Assembly: GCF_006345805.1 (NCBI RefSeq)
Contig: NW_021833776.1
Span: forward strand, 1-54,355
Reading direction: 5' to 3'
DNA length: 54,355 bases
DNA from: Octopus sinensis
Lineage: Eukaryota
Shown: piece after piece, positions 52,333-54,355 of the stretch
Numbering within the stretch: position 1 is the stretch's first letter
How the letters are laid out: each line of letters starts with the position of its first letter
The notes under the pieces: generated by a model
The model's database searches: none
What the model was told of the DNA's origin: nothing
What the model saw: the letters and a program-made list of their open reading frames with translations, nothing else
Made by a program: the position numbers and the translations under genes

Positions 52333-52845
52333 GTGAGAGAGAAGTGCATACCATCAAAGTGTACCCATCATGACTTCTCGTCTGATTAGGGTACACCAGG
52401 CGCATGCATCACAACCATATGTGCGCGACATGGTGATCTATCAAAATAAACATCGCATGACCTTGCAGGTGAGAATTTTCTTCAGGTCGAGTAGCCCATC
52501 CTGCTTAAAAAGTCCCTGAATAAGGGTTGTTTAAAGATGTTGAACGAAACACCCATGTTTCCAAAGGTGAATTATCTAAACCCCAAAGAATTTCTTTCAA
52601 CACATCGCTATGATGCTCCCCCACTATTTCTGCTCGTGATCAGAGATGCATATATAGTCAGCCACTAAGGGATATGCTCAACTGGTTAAGGTCAAACAAC
52701 TGACAAGTAAATCTGTGGTATTGAGCAGAATATTTGCTGTAGCCCATCTTTTATACCAAGACAAAACAATGATAACGCTTCTAATCAGTTAAGATCTGCA
52801 GCCACGAAAGTCACTCTCTGGTACTGCATCAGGGCATTTGTCATC
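52333..52845 (-). mobile_element. Dispersed repeat (probable LINE 3' UTR), same family as 7060-7348
   Basis: Shared sequence with 7060-7348; ends ...CTCTCTCACTC followed by (AAT)n on its own strand. Confidence 0.6.
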
Positions 52846-53054
52846 AGCATCATCATCATCATCATTATTGTTATTATTATTAAGAGGCTAGCTGGCAGAA
52901 TCGTTAACACCCGTTCAGGGTTCAAATTCTGCCGAGGTCGACTTTGCCTTTCATTTTGTTGTGATCGATAAAATAAGTTTTAGTTGAACCCTGTGTTCGA
53001 TGTAATTGACTCATCCTCATCTCCTCCAAGCTGCCCTTGTGGAAAAATTTGAAA

Positions 53055-53077
53055 TAATGATGATAATAATACTAATA

Positions 53078-53111
<34 letters not shown>

Positions 53112-53176
53112 TATTATTATTATTATTATTATTATATTATATTATTTTATTATTATTATTATTATTATCATTATTA

Positions 53177-53210
<34 letters not shown>

Positions 53211-53217
53211 CATTATT

Positions 53218-53264
<47 letters not shown>

Positions 53265-53300
53265 TATTATTATTATTATTATTATTATCATTATTATTAA

Positions 53301-53354
<54 letters not shown>

Positions 53355-53357
53355 TAT
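53055..53357. repeat. (AAT)n/(ATT)n/(ATC)n compound microsatellite; representative of many (TA)n, (CA)n, (TACA)n, (GATA)n, (GACA)n and (AAAG)n tracts in the window
   Basis: Direct reading. Confidence 0.95.
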
Positions 53358-53557
53358 ATCAAGGCGGCGAGCTGAATCGTTACCAAGCCGAGCGAAATGC
53401 TTAGCAGTATTTCATCTGCCGCTTCGTTCTAGGTTCAAATTCCGCTTAAGCCGACTTTCGGATTTCGAAGTAAGTAATAGTCAAGTACTGAGGTCAATGT
53501 GATCGACTATCCCCTCCCCCACCCAAATTTCGGTTCTTGTGCCTATAGTAAAAAAGG

Positions 53558-53620
<63 letters not shown>

Positions 53621-53823
53621 TAGGCAACGAGCTGGCAGAATCTTTAGCGTGCCGGTCAAAACGCTCAGGGGCATTTCGTCCGTCTTTTAAATTCCACCTT
53701 TATCTTTCATTCTTTCGGAGTCGATAAAATAAGTATCAGTTGAACGCTGGGGTCGATGTAATCAATCGACTCATCCCATCCCCGCCCCCAAAATTGCTGC
53801 TCTTGTGGCAAAATTTGAAACCA

Positions 53824-53872
<49 letters not shown>

Positions 53873-53882
53873 TATCATTATT

Positions 53883-53941
<59 letters not shown>

Positions 53942-54098
53942 TATTATTATTATATTATTATCATTATTATTATTATTATTATCATATGTTTGACTTTTGC
54001 TTTACATTTGCACAAGCTGGCTCCAAGTCTCACCCAGAGACCTCAAGAGATAAGCTGGAGGTTCATGTTATGCCTAGGGTGCCATATATTTGGTTATG

Positions 54099-54142
<44 letters not shown>

Positions 54143-54355
54143 AATAATAATAATTATTATTATTATCATCATCATTATTGATATTACTATTATCATCATT
54201 ATTGATATTATAATAATAATTATTATAATTAAGGCAGCGAAGTGGCAGCTTCGTTAGCACGCTGGACGAAATGCTTAGCCTTTTCATCCTTTCAGGTTCG
54301 ATAAAAAATAAGTATCAGTTGAACAGTGGAGCCGAGTTGTAATTAATTAATTAAC

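Overview
AT-rich, microsatellite-dense animal DNA, most likely an octopus. This is an inference from the tRNA-derived SINE families and the repeat landscape. The only host protein-coding sequence I can support is exon 1 of a HAND-family bHLH gene (minus strand, ATG 51317, splice donor after 50790). I could not find its conserved second exon by eye, so most of the window is probably one very large intron. The rest is transposon material: a nearly intact 5'-truncated CR1-type LINE inserted into a SINE, four Tx1/L1-type 3' fragments, fragments of restriction-like-endonuclease (R2/R4-type) and RTE LINEs, a mariner 5' end, several MITEs, a Helentron/DINE-like element and about 25 SINE copies or fragments. 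The most interesting signal is non-coding. At 47511-48527 there are two inverted, differently circularly permuted ~490-bp monomers, each with ~20-bp terminal redundancy and each carrying a type I hammerhead ribozyme fold with the CUGAnGA/GAAA/GUA core intact (one non-canonical A.C pair at the base of helix II). This is the signature expected of a retrozyme (ribozyme-processed circular RNA retroelement). A second, unrelated hammerhead lies at 46585-46669, and other strongly structured short elements cluster in 45.7-49.4 kb. All alignments and folds were done by eye; no searches or folding programs were run.
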